DNA of 63,927 bases, the filler included, from Piptocephalis cylindrospora (taxonomy: Eukaryota), in NCBI GenBank assembly GCA_003614145.1. It is 10 parts of 10 records of this genome, joined end to end, with 100 filler letters (N's around TTAATTAATTAA, not from the genome) between each part and the next. Parts side by side here need not be neighbours in the genome. Positions count along the whole stretch, not along the records: positions 1 to 6,399 come from KZ988292.1; positions 6,500 to 12,852 come from KZ988293.1; 8 more parts are not named here. One strand, given 5' to 3'. The notes beneath the pieces are model-generated. The model did not search any database. It saw nothing but the letters and a program-made list of their open reading frames with translations, and was not told the origin of the DNA. This document shows, in pieces, positions 1-12,770 of the stretch (the first letter of the stretch is position 1; every line of letters starts with the position of its first letter). Position numbers and translations under genes: made by a program.

Positions 1-146
1 AGCGTCATTCTTCCTATCCTCTTTTCTCGCCCTCTTCTTTCATCCTCTTCTCTCACCCTCCATTAGCATAGTCTCCATTCGCGTAATCATTCCCTTCTTG
101 TCATCTCCTTTACCGACCATCCTCCAACCCTTTTACCTTGTACCCC

Positions 147-3092
147 ATGCCTTTTGGAAAGAGAAAATCTGCTGCAAGGTCCGAGGGTGTATTCCCTCAG
201 GATGAGGAAGTGACCCTATCTCCCTCCACCAATGCCCCGGAAACCTCAGCTCAGGCTTTTTCCACGGCCACGGATCACTCAAAAGTCCCCTCCACTACTT
301 CATTATCCAGTACTGCCGGAACCAAGGAGACTTCCTCTAACCTCCCGTATCCCCCAAAGCTCCAGGAACAGCCCGGTGGGGTGGAGGGAATGAAGCGTTG
401 GTTTATCCAGCTAGGCATCATGGTCCGTCGGAACTCCCGCCTTCACCTTCGGTATCGCTGGACTACTCTTTCCCAGGCCGTTTTTGCCCCCATTATTTTT
501 CTCCTGTTGTTGCTCATCCTGCAAAAGGCTAATGATGCTTTGGAGCGAAAGACCATCGCTCGGCCCGAGTCGTATCCCCTGGATGGTCTCGCCCCGTGTC
601 AAGGCCGTGTTCGGGGGGATCCATGCGTTAATTTACTCTTCGCTCCCGACACTCCTCAGACCCGTCAGATTATGCAGGCTTTTTCCACCAAAAATCAGGA
701 ACGTACTGGCCTTGCCATGAACGTGGAGGGATCGGCTCTACCAGTGGACTCTCGCCTTGATCGGTCTTACGGGATTCTCCCCGCCCCGAATGCCGACTAC
801 ATCTATAACTTTGCCTTGAATCATCCAAATGCCACGGCATTTGGGGTTGAATTTACCATTGAGCAAGGTCCTCCAGCCAATTATCGATACCAAGTGTGGT
901 ACAACAATACACTCTCTGGGAATGGCACGGACCTATTCGGTCACCAGACCTTGGCCTTGGTCCGGGGCGTGGACGAGGCCATTTTCTCCTCCCAGGGCCT
1001 TTCTCCTACTGCCGCCTCCGCTGCCGTCTTTGATGTTCAACTTAAGGACTGGCCCACGGTCCCGCCCTTAGTAGTGGCCGATGGAGTGGTCAACCAATTT
1101 GGCTGCCTCTTCTTCTTCTGTACCCAGATGATCATTTTCATGACTGTCCTCCATACCATTGTCCAGGAGCGTGAATCCCGGCAGCGTGAACGCATGGAAG
1201 TGATGGGCCTTAGACCCGAGATTTACTGGACTTCCTGGATCATCAGTAACACTTTTCTCGCTCTCATCTGCGCTCTGGTCACCTCAGTCATCGGACTGGC
1301 CTGTCGTTTCCACGCCTTTTCCCAAACGAACTTTGCCGTCATCCTCATCACTTTCTTCCTCTTTGCCATGGCCATGATTTGCTTTGCCTTTTTCATCTCC
1401 ACTTTCCTTCATCGCGCTAATGGTGCCATCCTTGTCGGCATCTTCGTCTTTATTGTCGGCATGCTCTTTGTCTCCTTTATCTTCTCCTCCACTTACGTTG
1501 GATATTTGTGGTGGGATTCGGCCACTGCCCCGTCCGCTCGTATCGTTTTTATGTTCCTTCCCTTCTTTAACTTTGGCAAGATGTATTTAGACATATCCGT
1601 TCTCACCTCTGGAAAACTGGATGTCCTAAGTAGCACCTATACAGGTGGCCCTGGATTCCATTGGTCCGACCTCTACCGGAACATCGATAATTCCTTCCTC
1701 CCGGTCTATGGAGATGATGGGGAATACCGGTACCCAGACTTGCCTGTCCCCGCCCAGGCTTGGTACTTTTTACTCATGAACATTGGGCTCTACTTTCTTC
1801 TAGCCATGTACTTTGACCGGGTTATTGCTACTGAATCGGGTCGTCGTGAATCCTATTTATTTTTCCTCAATCCCCGATACTGGGGCTGGGGTAAGAAGGG
1901 AGGTCAGGTGCCACTGGCCACTTGGCTCTCCTCCGTCAAGCCTGGCTCCATCCCTGACGAAGATGAAGATGTCCGGAGGGAACGGGAAATGGCCATAGAT
2001 CCAAGCTCTCCTGTAGCCGTCCGGGTTGTGGGTTTACGGAAGGAGTATTCACATCGTAATTTCATCGGCATGAGAAAGGTGGATAAGGTCGCCGTGGATA
2101 GAACTACGCTAGGCCTGAAAGAGGGTGAATTGTAAGTCTATCTATTAATCGAGTGCGCTCAGCCACTGTCCGACTAGGTAAACAATAACCTAAACTCATT
2201 AATTTACCCTATCCTTTCCAGACTGGCCCTTCTAGGGCAGAATGGGGCGGGAAAGTCGACGACCATGAACATGCTCTCGGGAGAATACCCGGTCACAAGC
2301 GGAGATGCCTACTTTTACGGTAGATCCCTCCGGGAGAGCCGGGCGGACATTCGACGGATGCTTGGAGTGTGCCCCCAGGATGACATTCTCTTTGGAGACC
2401 TGAATGCCGAGGAACATGTTACTCTATATGCCGGGCTTAAGGGACTCCCTGCCCAAGGGATCCCGGAGCTGGTGGAGGATCGATTGAAGGCGGTCAAGCT
2501 CTGGAATGTCCGGAAGAGACCCACATCCACTTACTCGGGCGGAATGAAGCGTCGGCTCAGCGTAATCATCTCCACCATTGGGGATCCTCCCATTGTCTTC
2601 TTGGACGAACCCACCACCGGGATGGATCCGATGAATCGACGGTACGTCTGGAAGTTCCTCGAGCGCTTCAAGCAGGGCCGAGTCGTCATTCTCACTACGC
2701 ACTCCATGGAGGAGGCTGATATCCTGGGTGATCGCATTGCCATCATGGCCCTCGGCCGTCTTCGCGCCCTGGGTAACTCGGTGCATCTGAAGAACCGCTT
2801 TGGTTCTGGATACCGTCTTACCCTTGTGGCCCCCTCAGCCCAAGCGGTCCCGGAGCTTCAAGATCGGATGAGAACCCAGCTTCCCCATGCTCATCTGGAG
2901 GATGAGTCGGCCGGATCCCTAATCTACCAGGTTCCCACGTCCGACCTCGACCAGGTCCCTTCTTGTCTCCGGTGGGTCGAAGCCGGTGGAGATGGTCTAG
3001 TGAAGAATTGGGCCATTAGCCAAGCTACCCTTGAAGAAGTCTTTTTACGCCTGATCCGCGAGACTAATCCTTCCGAGAAGGGAACAACTTGA
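147..3092 (+). CDS. Half-size ABC-A family transporter (TMD-NBD); exons 147-2131, 2222-3092
   Basis: TM helices with a large extracellular loop and ERESRQRERMEVMGL (ABCA-like). Splicing GTAAGT(2132)..CAG(2221) restores Walker A GQNGAGKST. Signature YSGGMKRRLS, Walker B VFLDEPTTGMD, TTHSMEEAD, C-terminal TLEEVFL. Confidence 0.92.
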
Positions 3093-3506
3093 AGAGGGAT
3101 GGAGGATGGATAAATTGCAGTGGGAACTGGGGTAATGCAGTACGTTTTATACTCTATTTTTTCGGTTCATTTAGTCACTCTTAATGATGCTATGTAGCCC
3201 ATAATTTATAACCCATAATTTATACCCATTCGCCATTGCCATGGGAAGAGGGCGCGGTGGTAAGTGGTCATTGTTACTTACCTTTCCTGGGTATCTATGC
3301 CTACTTTGAAATCTAGACGACTTTTGGGGTCTTTTTCATCGCTTTTTCAACTTGGGTATAGATCAGCGACTCATGGTCCGCGCCTGCTTACATCTCCCTG
3401 CCCGCAGTGTGAAAAACATGACCCGATAATTGCTTATCCCTGAGGCTTACCCGAACCTTTCTCCTTTGCCCTAGCATCCCCCTCTCCTCCCCCGTCCCTC
3501 AAAATC

Positions 3507-4049
3507 ATGCTACGTGCACTTACTAGGTCATCGACCCTTTGTGCCTCTGGAGCCCTTCGTGCCTCTGGGGCCTTTTACAGCCCCGTGGCCCCAATCTCCC
3601 TGTCCCCCACGGTTTCCCGGATAGTCCTGCCCACCTGGCCTCATCAGCGACAGGCCATGGCCCCCATGGCCACGCTGAACCAGGTGATACGCGGCGCTCG
3701 CAAATCCGCGAAGCCCCAGTCTAAATCCCCTTCCCTAGACCAGTGTCCCCAGCGGAAGGGTGTGTGCACCAAAGTCTACACCACCAAGCCCAAGAAGCCC
3801 AATTCCGCTGTCCGTAAGGTTGCTCGTGTTCGTCTGACCAACGGCAAGGTCATCACCGCGTACATTCCCGGAGAAGGGCATAACCTCCAGGAGCACTCGG
3901 TGGTCCTGGTCCGTGGTGGTCGTGTCCCTGATTTACCTGGAGTTCGATATCACCTGGTCCGTGGTGCCTACGATCTGCAAGGGGTCCCATCCCGTCGTAA
4001 GGGTCGGTCCAAGTACGGGACCAAGAAGCCGGAGCAGAGCAAGTCCTAG
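3507..4049 (+). CDS. MRPS12: Nucleus-encoded mitochondrial ribosomal protein uS12m
   Basis: Arg/Ser-rich presequence, then MATLNQ...[15 protein letters not shown]...[10 protein letters not shown]...RSKYG; intronless. Confidence 0.95.
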   Translation: MLRALTRSSTLCASGALRASGAFYSPVAPISLSPTVSRIVLPTWPHQRQAMAPMATLNQVIRGARKSAKPQSKSPSLDQCPQRKGVCTKVYTTKPKKPNSAVRKVARVRLTNGKVITAYIPGEGHNLQEHSVVLVRGGRVPDLPGVRYHLVRGAYDLQGVPSRRKGRSKYGTKKPEQSKS

Positions 4050-4307
4050 GTCGTGATAGAAGGGGAGCATGGGGTAGGCACTGATCAATGCAGACTTATA
4101 ACATCTTTTACATCTTTTCGTCGCTGGGTATATGATGGATCATTAACATTGACTGAGGCAATGTCGTACTGCATCCCCTGGGATATGGGCCAGATCAAGC
4201 CTGAATATTATGATGATTCACCCCATCCAAAGTAATGACTTGGAATATATTATCCACTTGGCCGATCAGGGACAAAGAAAAGAGCAGCAAGGGTATAAAA
4301 AGCACGC

Positions 4308-5027
4308 CTATCTCTGAAGAGAAATGTACGTGGGGGGCTCAACGAGCCCGTCGCCGGATCCGGCCTTGCCACGGATGCGGATATACCTAGACTCCTCGGC
4401 CCGTACCTCAGTCAAGACGACGCCGCACAAGAAGGCAACGACATCGATGATGACCAGAGCAAAGATGCAGGTATAGATATTCCGTAGGTATGAGTCCCCA
4501 TACTGCCAAACCCAGGGGGCGCAGGGAGGGGCACCGGTGCCGAGAAAGCAGGTCTCGGACGCGACAGGATTGTCCATGATAGTGGTGAACCCACAGCATT
4601 TCCCACCCGCCTGGAAGGCCAATCGAATATCCTCACCCCAGGAACCATCCTGCCATCGCTCCTGAAAGTCACGATGCATGGTCAGGGTCTGTACCCAGAC
4701 CTTAAGGCCCATGACAACCATGCAAATAGTGATGATGACCAGGGCTGCAGGATAGAGTCGGACAGCGTTGGGCCGGTTGACCGGGTCTAGGGAGGCCCAT
4801 AATCCGAGGAAGGAGTTGAGGATGGTGAGGAGGCCGACGACAATCATGGTGACGATGTGCTGGGTTTCGATGATGGCATTGCGTCTGGAGGGCGGATTGG
4901 CGTGGAAGTAGGCTCCCATGGACAGGGCTGTGACTCCAGCGGCAAAGAGAAGGAAGTTGGCGGCATGGAAGGACCGACGAATAGTCAAGGTAATGGCTCC
5001 TCCCTTGGAGGGTCTTGATGAGAACAT
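4308..5027 (-). CDS. Tetraspanin, Pls1-like
   Basis: Four hydrophobic segments; EC2 loop with CCGF plus two more Cys; tail EESRYIRI resembles the fungal Pls1/Tsp tail; terminal YISL. Confidence 0.85.
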   Translation of the reverse strand: MFSSRPSKGGAITLTIRRSFHAANFLLFAAGVTALSMGAYFHANPPSRRNAIIETQHIVTMIVVGLLTILNSFLGLWASLDPVNRPNAVRLYPAALVIITICMVVMGLKVWVQTLTMHRDFQERWQDGSWGEDIRLAFQAGGKCCGFTTIMDNPVASETCFLGTGAPPCAPWVWQYGDSYLRNIYTCIFALVIIDVVAFLCGVVLTEVRAEESRYIRIRGKAGSGDGLVEPPTYISLQR

Positions 5028-6399
5028 CCTATCTGAGCAAAGGACAAGGGCGCTGGGATATGTCGAGGAGGAAGGTAAGGTCAGAGGAGGAGGGTATCGG
5101 GTGGCTAATGCAAATCCTTACAGGTTCAGGGCAGAGAGGGGAGAATAGTGGGTTGAGCAAGGGAGAGAAGGTCTTAGAGGGACGATCAAGGGAAAAGAGA
5201 CTCCTCAGCAAGTGATGGCGAGAAGTGCGCTGGAGGACAAGTGTGTGGAGCCGGCCACAAGGATGAATTGGATTTTGACGAAGGAAAGAAGAATGGGGAA
5301 GAGCCGAGTAACAAGAAGGATGGGTCTTTACAACCAAGCAATAGACTAGGCTGAGGGAGCTGGGTAAGGGAAGACAAAGACTACGGTGCTGGTTGTAAAG
5401 AACAGGTGCTCGCACTCTGAAACAACAATATCTTTTCTCTTGGAAAGGGGAGGGGTGGAAAGAGGAGGAAGAGGAGGAGGAGGAGGAGAAGGAGGAAGAG
5501 AAGGAGGGAGGGGCGGAGGGTGGGATGAAGAGGAGGAAGGAAGAGGGATGGAAAGTCTAGGCAAGTTACTACCTGTACAGAGCAATCTGTACCAGGCCCA
5601 CGCCCAGCTGAGCTGCTCCCAGTATGGGAAGAATCCAGGGTGATGGTTTAACGGGAAGCCAGGTAGCCTTGCCTACAGCACAGGGTTTCCAGACCCTGTC
5701 GGAGGTGGATGGATGGCGGGCGGGCGGAGTCTAATATGGTCAAATCACTGGCGTCCCCGGGAGCTGAGTAGGTGTGGAGAGCCCATACATCCTCGAGAAA
5801 TAGGCGCTCATCTGCACTGCATTATTTCAGGTATCTAGGGTGACAAGAAGGGTCAAGGGACCCGCTGTATACCAGACCGCTTGATGGACGGCATGTTTAC
5901 ATCCAGGAATCTTTATTAAATAAATATCAATAGTCGTCGCGACATTCAGAATTGTCTTTTTCTTATATCGATTACTTTTTTGACCTTACTGGATCGAGTT
6001 ATTGATTATGAACCCGTTATGTTTTTCTCCTTAGTGGGGTAGGCTAAATGGTGGATCGATATATTGTACTTAAACATTGATGATGATTTTACACACATCA
6101 CTTGGATCAATATACTAATTAAAAGTATACAAACTGTTTTTGATACAGAGAGGCATTACTATGCGTTCCTACCAGAAGCTGATCGTCTCATGTCATTCAC
6201 TTTTTTGACATCATGTTCAATATCTAGTCTCCCTCAGGCACACCAGCATGGCAGTGAAAACGCTCCAAGGGAGCTCGCCTACTCAAGCGGTATCAAATGT
6301 AGCATGATCTATTCTTAGCCATTGCCACGAGCTTGTAAAAAGGCTGTCATTTTCAAGGGCACATTGGATGCGTCAAGGATCCTTTGAAGAAGAAAGGCC

Positions 6400-6499
6400 N
6401 NNNNNNNNNNNNNNNNNNNNNNNNNNNNNNNNNNNNNNNNNNNTTAATTAATTAANNNNNNNNNNNNNNNNNNNNNNNNNNNNNNNNNNNNNNNNNNNN
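6400..6499. other. Artificial contig linker 44N-TTAATTAATTAA-44N
   Basis: Six-frame-stop spacer. Identical linkers at 12853-12952, 19303-19402, 25751-25850, 32195-32294, 38616-38715, 45027-45126, 51411-51510 and 57795-57894. Confidence 0.99.
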
Positions 6500-7026
6500 G
6501 GAATGGACGCACTGACTCTGGAGGAAAGGTGCATCGATGAGGAGCGGAAAGGTGAATCATCTAGCGGTTAAGAAAGGGGGAGGGGAGGGGAGGGAGATAC
6601 GATACGCATAGCTACATCGAGTCACTCATTCTTACAAACATGATCATGGCTTATTGCCTTCATTTTTGGTGGATCAGGCGTATCTGTATGTACATTGGTC
6701 TTTGCCATCCTACTTATCGTGGGCTTGACTGGCCTAGTCCTCATTGTCAACACAAATTGAGGCCACCTCAGCAATAGCACCAAACACACCACCTAGATCC
6801 GTCTCCCCACCATCAGAATGTACATGTGTACGAGCGAGCGGGTGTAGCATTGTTTAGTGAGTAGGTGATGGCGGGGGATTTACCGGAGCCGCCTCCTCTA
6901 CAAAATTCAGCCCTGCATGAATCTGCCACATAATCACCGCTCTGTGTATTCCCGTGAAATGCGGTTCTTAGTTCCTTCTCCCTCGCTCTCTCTCCTCCAT
7001 CTCCTTCCTAGTCGACCACCTGCTCC

Positions 7027-7563
7027 ATGCTCCCCTCTCTCCCCCAATTGGCATCATCCCGTCCTAGGAAGCTACTCTCCGTCTTCCTCTCCCTATCCCT
7101 CCTCTCTCTCCCTTTCCTCCTCCTAGCCCCAGGCGCCTTTGCTAAGGAAGCAAATTTAGAAATTTCCGGGATTATGCACTCGGGAGACTCTGGATTCCAG
7201 GATACAGCAAACGAAAATCTGGCCGTCCAGGCTGGACTTACCGCATTCGCACGTAGTAAGAAGGAGGCTGAGGTCAAAGGGACCGGTCTGCAGCACTGGG
7301 AGACCTTCCGTGCCTCCTGGACCGCCGACTTGGGTCCACGTCCCGTAAGTGAGGAGGAAAAGGCCGAGAGAGCCGCTCTCCTCGCCAAGATTACCCCAGA
7401 GAACTATGAACTCATCTACAAGCAGCTTGTGGCCAAGGGCCGACGTCTTCAGCAATCCATTCCCTTGTCATACGTGGTTAATGTTCTCATCTCAGGCTGG
7501 AAGGTCCTTGGCCTCTTGCCCGCTGATGTCCCTGTCCCTTCCACAAACCCATCCGTATCTTGA
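7027..7563 (+). CDS. Hypothetical small secreted protein
   Basis: ATG-initiated 178-aa ORF with a hydrophobic N-terminal segment ending in GAFA/K (signal peptide-like); no recognised domain. Confidence 0.6.
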   Translation: MLPSLPQLASSRPRKLLSVFLSLSLLSLPFLLLAPGAFAKEANLEISGIMHSGDSGFQDTANENLAVQAGLTAFARSKKEAEVKGTGLQHWETFRASWTADLGPRPVSEEEKAERAALLAKITPENYELIYKQLVAKGRRLQQSIPLSYVVNVLISGWKVLGLLPADVPVPSTNPSVS

Positions 7564-7739
7564 GTACTTTACATGTCTTATCGGTGGTAGCGGGAGGGAG
7601 AGAGACAATAGAGGGCAAGGTCCTTTAAGAATAGACTTGTTCCTAACATGGATTGGTAGCCCGTAACAATGCCCATAGATCGTGTAATCCACCCATGGTA
7701 CGGGCCAATGCAGGTAAGGATGTACTCCTAGTACTATTA

Positions 7740-8797
7740 TTAAAGCGACAGGATATCCATCCCATCCAGCACAGCACCCTCTTCTTCTCTCTTCTCTTTT
7801 TCCTTCAAATTCAAGGGCCCAGCGGATGATTGAAGCTGAGCCTGTCTCTCTAGCCCTTCCCGTCGCTTCCGCTGCCTCCGTTCCTCCGGGTCCTCCCATT
7901 CCTTGGACACTGATAATCCCTCTTCAATGGACCTTTGGACAATCCTTTGATCAACAACCCGGTAGAGCCGGTCGATCCGGTCAAAATTATCCCTGAATCG
8001 TGCATTTCCAAGGCGAACCAGGCCGCGTAGATACGCGGGAGTCACGAGTGTCTGGATGCCCTGGGGATACTGAATCCCGATAGGGACATCCAATTTGAGT
8101 GTGAGCCGCAATTGGACCATATGTCTTTTATGGTTGGATACTGAGGTCAGGATCCCCGAGTTACGGAACCCAGCCGACATACCCAAGGAGGCCAGCATAG
8201 CTGCATCCTCCAGCTTCCTCGCCTGGACATGAAGGATCTAGGGAGGATGGGGATAAAGAGGGGTTTAGCGCCCCCTGTGTCAATCAATGATCACCGGATA
8301 CAAGCACATACCATTGGTTCAAATTTAAAATAGACTAGAGGAGAATCATGGGAAATGTCCACGGGGGACTCGGAAGAGGGATCGAGGAGGGTCTGGCCAC
8401 CAAACAGTCGGGTAGACAGAGCCTCATCCGTCTCCTCATCCATTTCTTCCAATGGGTCATGGCTCACGAGGAGCCATCGACCGCCTTTTTCCGGTTGAGC
8501 CTCTACATCCCCTTCTAGACCCTCCTCGTCCTCCGTCTCCGCGCTTCTTTTGGGTTCCTTGGATGTAGGAAAGGGTGAGGGCTCCCAGGACCACGGGACA
8601 GGGTCAGCATACACCACCACCCGTCCAGAGCATGACGATGTGGAGACATAATCGGCTTGGGCGTTAATCAGCTCCAGAAGCGGCAGGAGCGGGGCATCCA
8701 CATATCCCTTGGGTGACCTATCCGGTCCAGCATCTGGGGTAATCGTACTGAGAATATGACGTTTTCTCGCGTCAAAGTCATCCTGCGTGTTCGACAT
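7740..8797 (-). CDS. TYW3: tRNA wybutosine-synthesising methyltransferase Tyw3; exons 8797-8312, 8237-7740
   Basis: DRSPKGYVD, YVSTSSCSGRV, WLLVSH, FKFEPM^ILHV and GFRNSGI motifs; GT-AG intron. Confidence 0.93.
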
Positions 8798-9373
8798 GGC
8801 GGAAGGAATGGCGCCGATACTTGGTGAGTGGAAAAAGAAACTGGAGAAAGAAGTGGAGAATCGCTTTGTTTTTGGACTCATTCATGCAGCATGATGGGTA
8901 AATGAGGAAGTGCACTTAAAAAACAAAAAGTAACGATGATGGTAAACACTGAAAATTAAATGGAAATATGACCAAATTTACCTCGAAAAATGGCGTGCAA
9001 GTGCTGATGGGCATAAAGGCACAGAGATCTCCAATACATTCCGCTATTTACCCCACCACCACAGAGGTTAGACAACACGGAGATACGATGATCCGTGACC
9101 CCTTGTCCCCATTTGGCATCAGTTGGTCGCGTCAAGGGAACATACGGAGGGCGGAAAGATGGATGTATGTGGGGTATCATCTAGGCTAGGCTAACAGGAA
9201 GTCAGAAGCTGTCCACGGTCCCTTGTCTCCTTGCCTCTCCCTCCTTATTGCAATTCCCGAGCCACCTTCCCATTCCACTCAGAGTTCTCCCGAACAGTCA
9301 CCTTCAGGAGCCTTTAACAAGCAAGCTCCCCTCCAGTACCGTCAGCCTCATCCAGGATTAGTGCACGGTGAAC

Positions 9374-10610
9374 ATGGCCCAAACATTCCACACCCGAGGC
9401 TTCAAAGGCTATGGAGTAGGTGGGAAAGGGAAAGGAGTGGAAGGAGCTCCAGACCGTCATTTCACTTATTAAGCCTGGTTGTCATGGTCCAATAGGTACA
9501 ATTCAGTCCCTTTCACCCAGACAGACTGGCCGTTGCCACTGCAGCCAACTTTGGTCTTGTAGGCAATGGGAAGCTATGGATCCTACGTCAGGGTCCTCAA
9601 GGCATTGCGCAAGAGCACGTGTAGGTGCTATTGATGAATCATTCAGGAAGGGATGTCCAGTTCATGATTCATTGCCTACTTTAGATATGACACCCAAGAT
9701 GGGTTATTTGACCTGGCATGGAATGAGCTGAATGAACACCAGCTAGTCACGGCCTCAGGGGATGGATCCATCAAATTATGGGACCTGACTCTACCGGTAC
9801 GTACATCTTTATATATCCTTATGGATGCCCTCCACATGCTTACCCTACCCTTTCCATAGGATTATCCCATTCGGCAATGGTCAGAGCATACCAAAGAAGT
9901 CTTTTCCGTCTCCTGGGATCTTATTGGCAAGCACGAATTTCTCTCTTCCTCCTGGGATGGGACAGTCAAGTTGGTAGGTTGTTTGTGATACAACGAATGG
10001 GGCATAGCGAAGGGAACATCATCTCGTCCAACTCACTCATTATCACCAGTGGAATCCAGAGAGACCCGATTCAATAAGCACCTTCGCCGAGCACAGTGGC
10101 TGTGTCTACGAAGCCATCTTTTCCCCCAAGGATCCGGGTACATTTGCTTCCTGTTCTGGTGATCGATCGGTCCGCATATGGTCGGTTCAATCTCCTCAAT
10201 CTACCATGACCCTTCCTATTCACCCGGATGAGGTTCTTACCCTGGACTGGGACAAATACCGTCCCACCACCCTCGTGACCGGGTGTGTCGATCGGGCCGT
10301 ACGGGTCTTTGACCTTCGACAGCCCTCCATCCCTCTCCACACGCTCCCAGGCCACTCCTTCGCCATCCGTCGTGTTCGTTGCTCCCCCTGGGAGGAGGGT
10401 GTTTTTGGCAGTGTGGGCTACGACATGAGCCTCCGGGTCTGGCGAGGCGATCGAGAGGTGGGGAGGTATGATGGTCATACGGAATTTGTTGTCGGTATGG
10501 ACTGGTCTCTCGGCATTCAGGGTCAAATCGCAACGTGCGCTTGGGATGAATCAGTCCATCTCTACGATGCCTTCTCTCCTCCTCCTCCTCCAGGACCTCA
10601 TCCCATGTGA
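9374..10610 (+). CDS. PEX7: Peroxisomal PTS2 receptor (WD40), 5 exons
   Basis: Spliced translation [20 protein letters not shown]...[12 protein letters not shown]...[14 protein letters not shown]...[10 protein letters not shown]...[10 protein letters not shown]...[10 protein letters not shown]...[11 protein letters not shown]. Confidence 0.93.
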
Positions 10611-11244
10611 CTGGATCGGGAGAAAGAGAAGTAGAGTTTGGACACCAGCGTGGGCTGATTTCTGTATAGAAGGAAGACGGGCTAGAAAAGAATGGGTTTA
10701 TAGGAGAAAAAGATATGAACGGATTATAAGGGCGACTTGTCGCGCTTGGGAATGGTCGCTAATTTTCCATGCCTCGGTTATCGAGGACTAGACCTTTACG
10801 CTCAGATCCAATATGAATTGTTCATAGTATTTCTATAGAACGGAAATAAAGACCTGACTATGGCAAATATGCTCTCACCGGATCCCCACTAGCCAAGCAG
10901 TCTGATGGTAATGAACAACAAACTAGTAGCAAACAGCGATGATGAATAACAAAGTGTATCATTGGAAAGTGTCAACACCAACCAACCAGATGTCTAAAAT
11001 CTCACTTCTTTTGACTTACCCATCCTTTTCCGCACAAGTCAAAATATTCAAATTTCACGCAGAGTACTTGCCACATCAACATCTACGACGAGTCTGTGTC
11101 ATTCTCTCCCCACTTACAAATCTCAATCCACAAGGAAAAAAAGAAAAGCTTGCTTGCATACCCAACTCACCAGGTTGATCATCCCTTTTCCTATTCTTCA
11201 CGCATCCTACGTTACATCATTTCGTTCACCCTCAAATACCCATT

Positions 11245-12770
11245 ATGGAGTTTTTTCACGCCCTTGGAGGAGGCGCTCGATTCAACAAAAAGCGCTTTGC
11301 TCAGGATGTCGAGCTGTTCTCGGTAAGTAGGATCGGGCCCTTAATCATCTTCAAGTATGATTATCTCACATCCGCGACCCATTTTCTGCAACTATCAATC
11401 CATTCTTACCCATAGCCCAAGTCATCCACCGGCACAGATCAGGAGGGCAAGTCCAAGCCGTCAGGAATCGCTTTGCCTTCGGAGCAGGAAGTAGCAGGCC
11501 TGCTAGATGAGCTAGATGTTCTCCCTAGTGGGACCACTCCTTCCAACGAGGGCTCAAAGCGGCGAAAGAAGCATGTTGAGGAAGGGGAGAGTGGGAACAA
11601 GGAAAAAAGTGTCCCTGGGCTTGAGGGGCTTGAGGAGCTTGAGGAGGATGTGCCTTCTCTGGTCCATGCCACCCAGACTGAGGTAATGGGTAACTTTTTG
11701 CCAATGAACAAAACCCGTCTCCCCACTGACCTTTTCTTTACCACACAGATCAAAACATACCTCAAGAGCAAGCGTATTCGTACCTATGGAGATGATGTTC
11801 CAGCTCCCATCACCTCTTTCCCAGAGATGACGACCAGGTATGATATGACGGCATGGAAAGAAATGATTTCACTTTTTATTATCATAAAACTCACCTCCCC
11901 TCCCCCCCCTCTCTTTCTCTCTTTCTTCCTCTCTCTCTCTCTTTTTCTTTTTCTCTCTTTCTCTCTTTTCTTCATTCTTTGTCTTTGCCAATTTTAGATA
12001 CAACGCGAAACCATACCTGACCAAGAACCTCGTCCAAAGCGCCTTTACTCGGCCTACGCCCATCCAACAACAGGCGATCCCCATCGTTCTTTCTGTGAGT
12101 ACTTATACCTCTCTTACTGCCCCTTCTATACCGACTCTGCTCATCATCGCTTTACCGATTTCATCAGGGTAGGGAGTTAATGGCATGCGCCCCTACTGGA
12201 TCGGGAAAGACTTTGGCTTTTGCTTGTCCCATCCTTCATGCTCTGGGTGAGCCACGAAAGGCCGGGTATCGGGCCATCGTTGTCTCTCCCACTCGTGAAT
12301 TGTCCCAGCAGATTTACGGGGTGTTCAAAACCTTGAGCAAGGGTAAAAAATTCAAGGTTTGTATGCTTACCAAGGCCACCGCTTCCACTCAGGCCAACAA
12401 TCCAAAATTGAGGGAAAAGTTTGATCTTCTTATTACGACTCCTCTTCGACTTGTCCACGGGATCCAACAAGGCGAGGTGGATTTGTCGGGGTAAGTGCCG
12501 ATTTAGTTTACATTCCTCTCGGCTTGGTTCATTTCATCTTTTCTTACAAAAAGCCGCTCTACCCGATCCTTCTAGAGTTGAACATCTTGTGCTGGATGAG
12601 GCGGATAAGCTTTTAGAAGCCGGGTTTGTTGAGCAGATGGATGAGATTCTCGCTGCTTGCTCCAATCCCAAGTTACAAAAGATGCTCTTTAGCGCCACCC
12701 TTCCCTCGGGTGTCGAGGCCTTGGCATCAACTATTATGAAGGATCCTATTCGCGTGGTTGTCGGCGAAAA
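11245..12770 (+). CDS. ROK1: DEAD-box RNA helicase Rok1/DDX52, 3'-truncated by contig end
   Basis: N-terminus [19 protein letters not shown] motif [35 protein letters not shown]; canonical introns. Confidence 0.92.

Noticed and set aside
3198..3224. CCCATAATTTATA tandem duplicate; also the 14-bp palindrome CCCGCCTAGGCGGG at 46722-46735
   Set aside because: Short, isolated and within what chance or local slippage could produce; no supporting context
3507..4049. Bacterial rpsL contamination or horizontal transfer
   Set aside because: It has a mitochondrial presequence, is flanked by eukaryotic genes and has no rpsG/fusA operon
5440..5550. Purine-rich (GGA)n tract giving Gly/Glu- or Pro-rich ORFs
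   Set aside because: Low-complexity promoter/UTR sequence typical of this genome; no coding evidence
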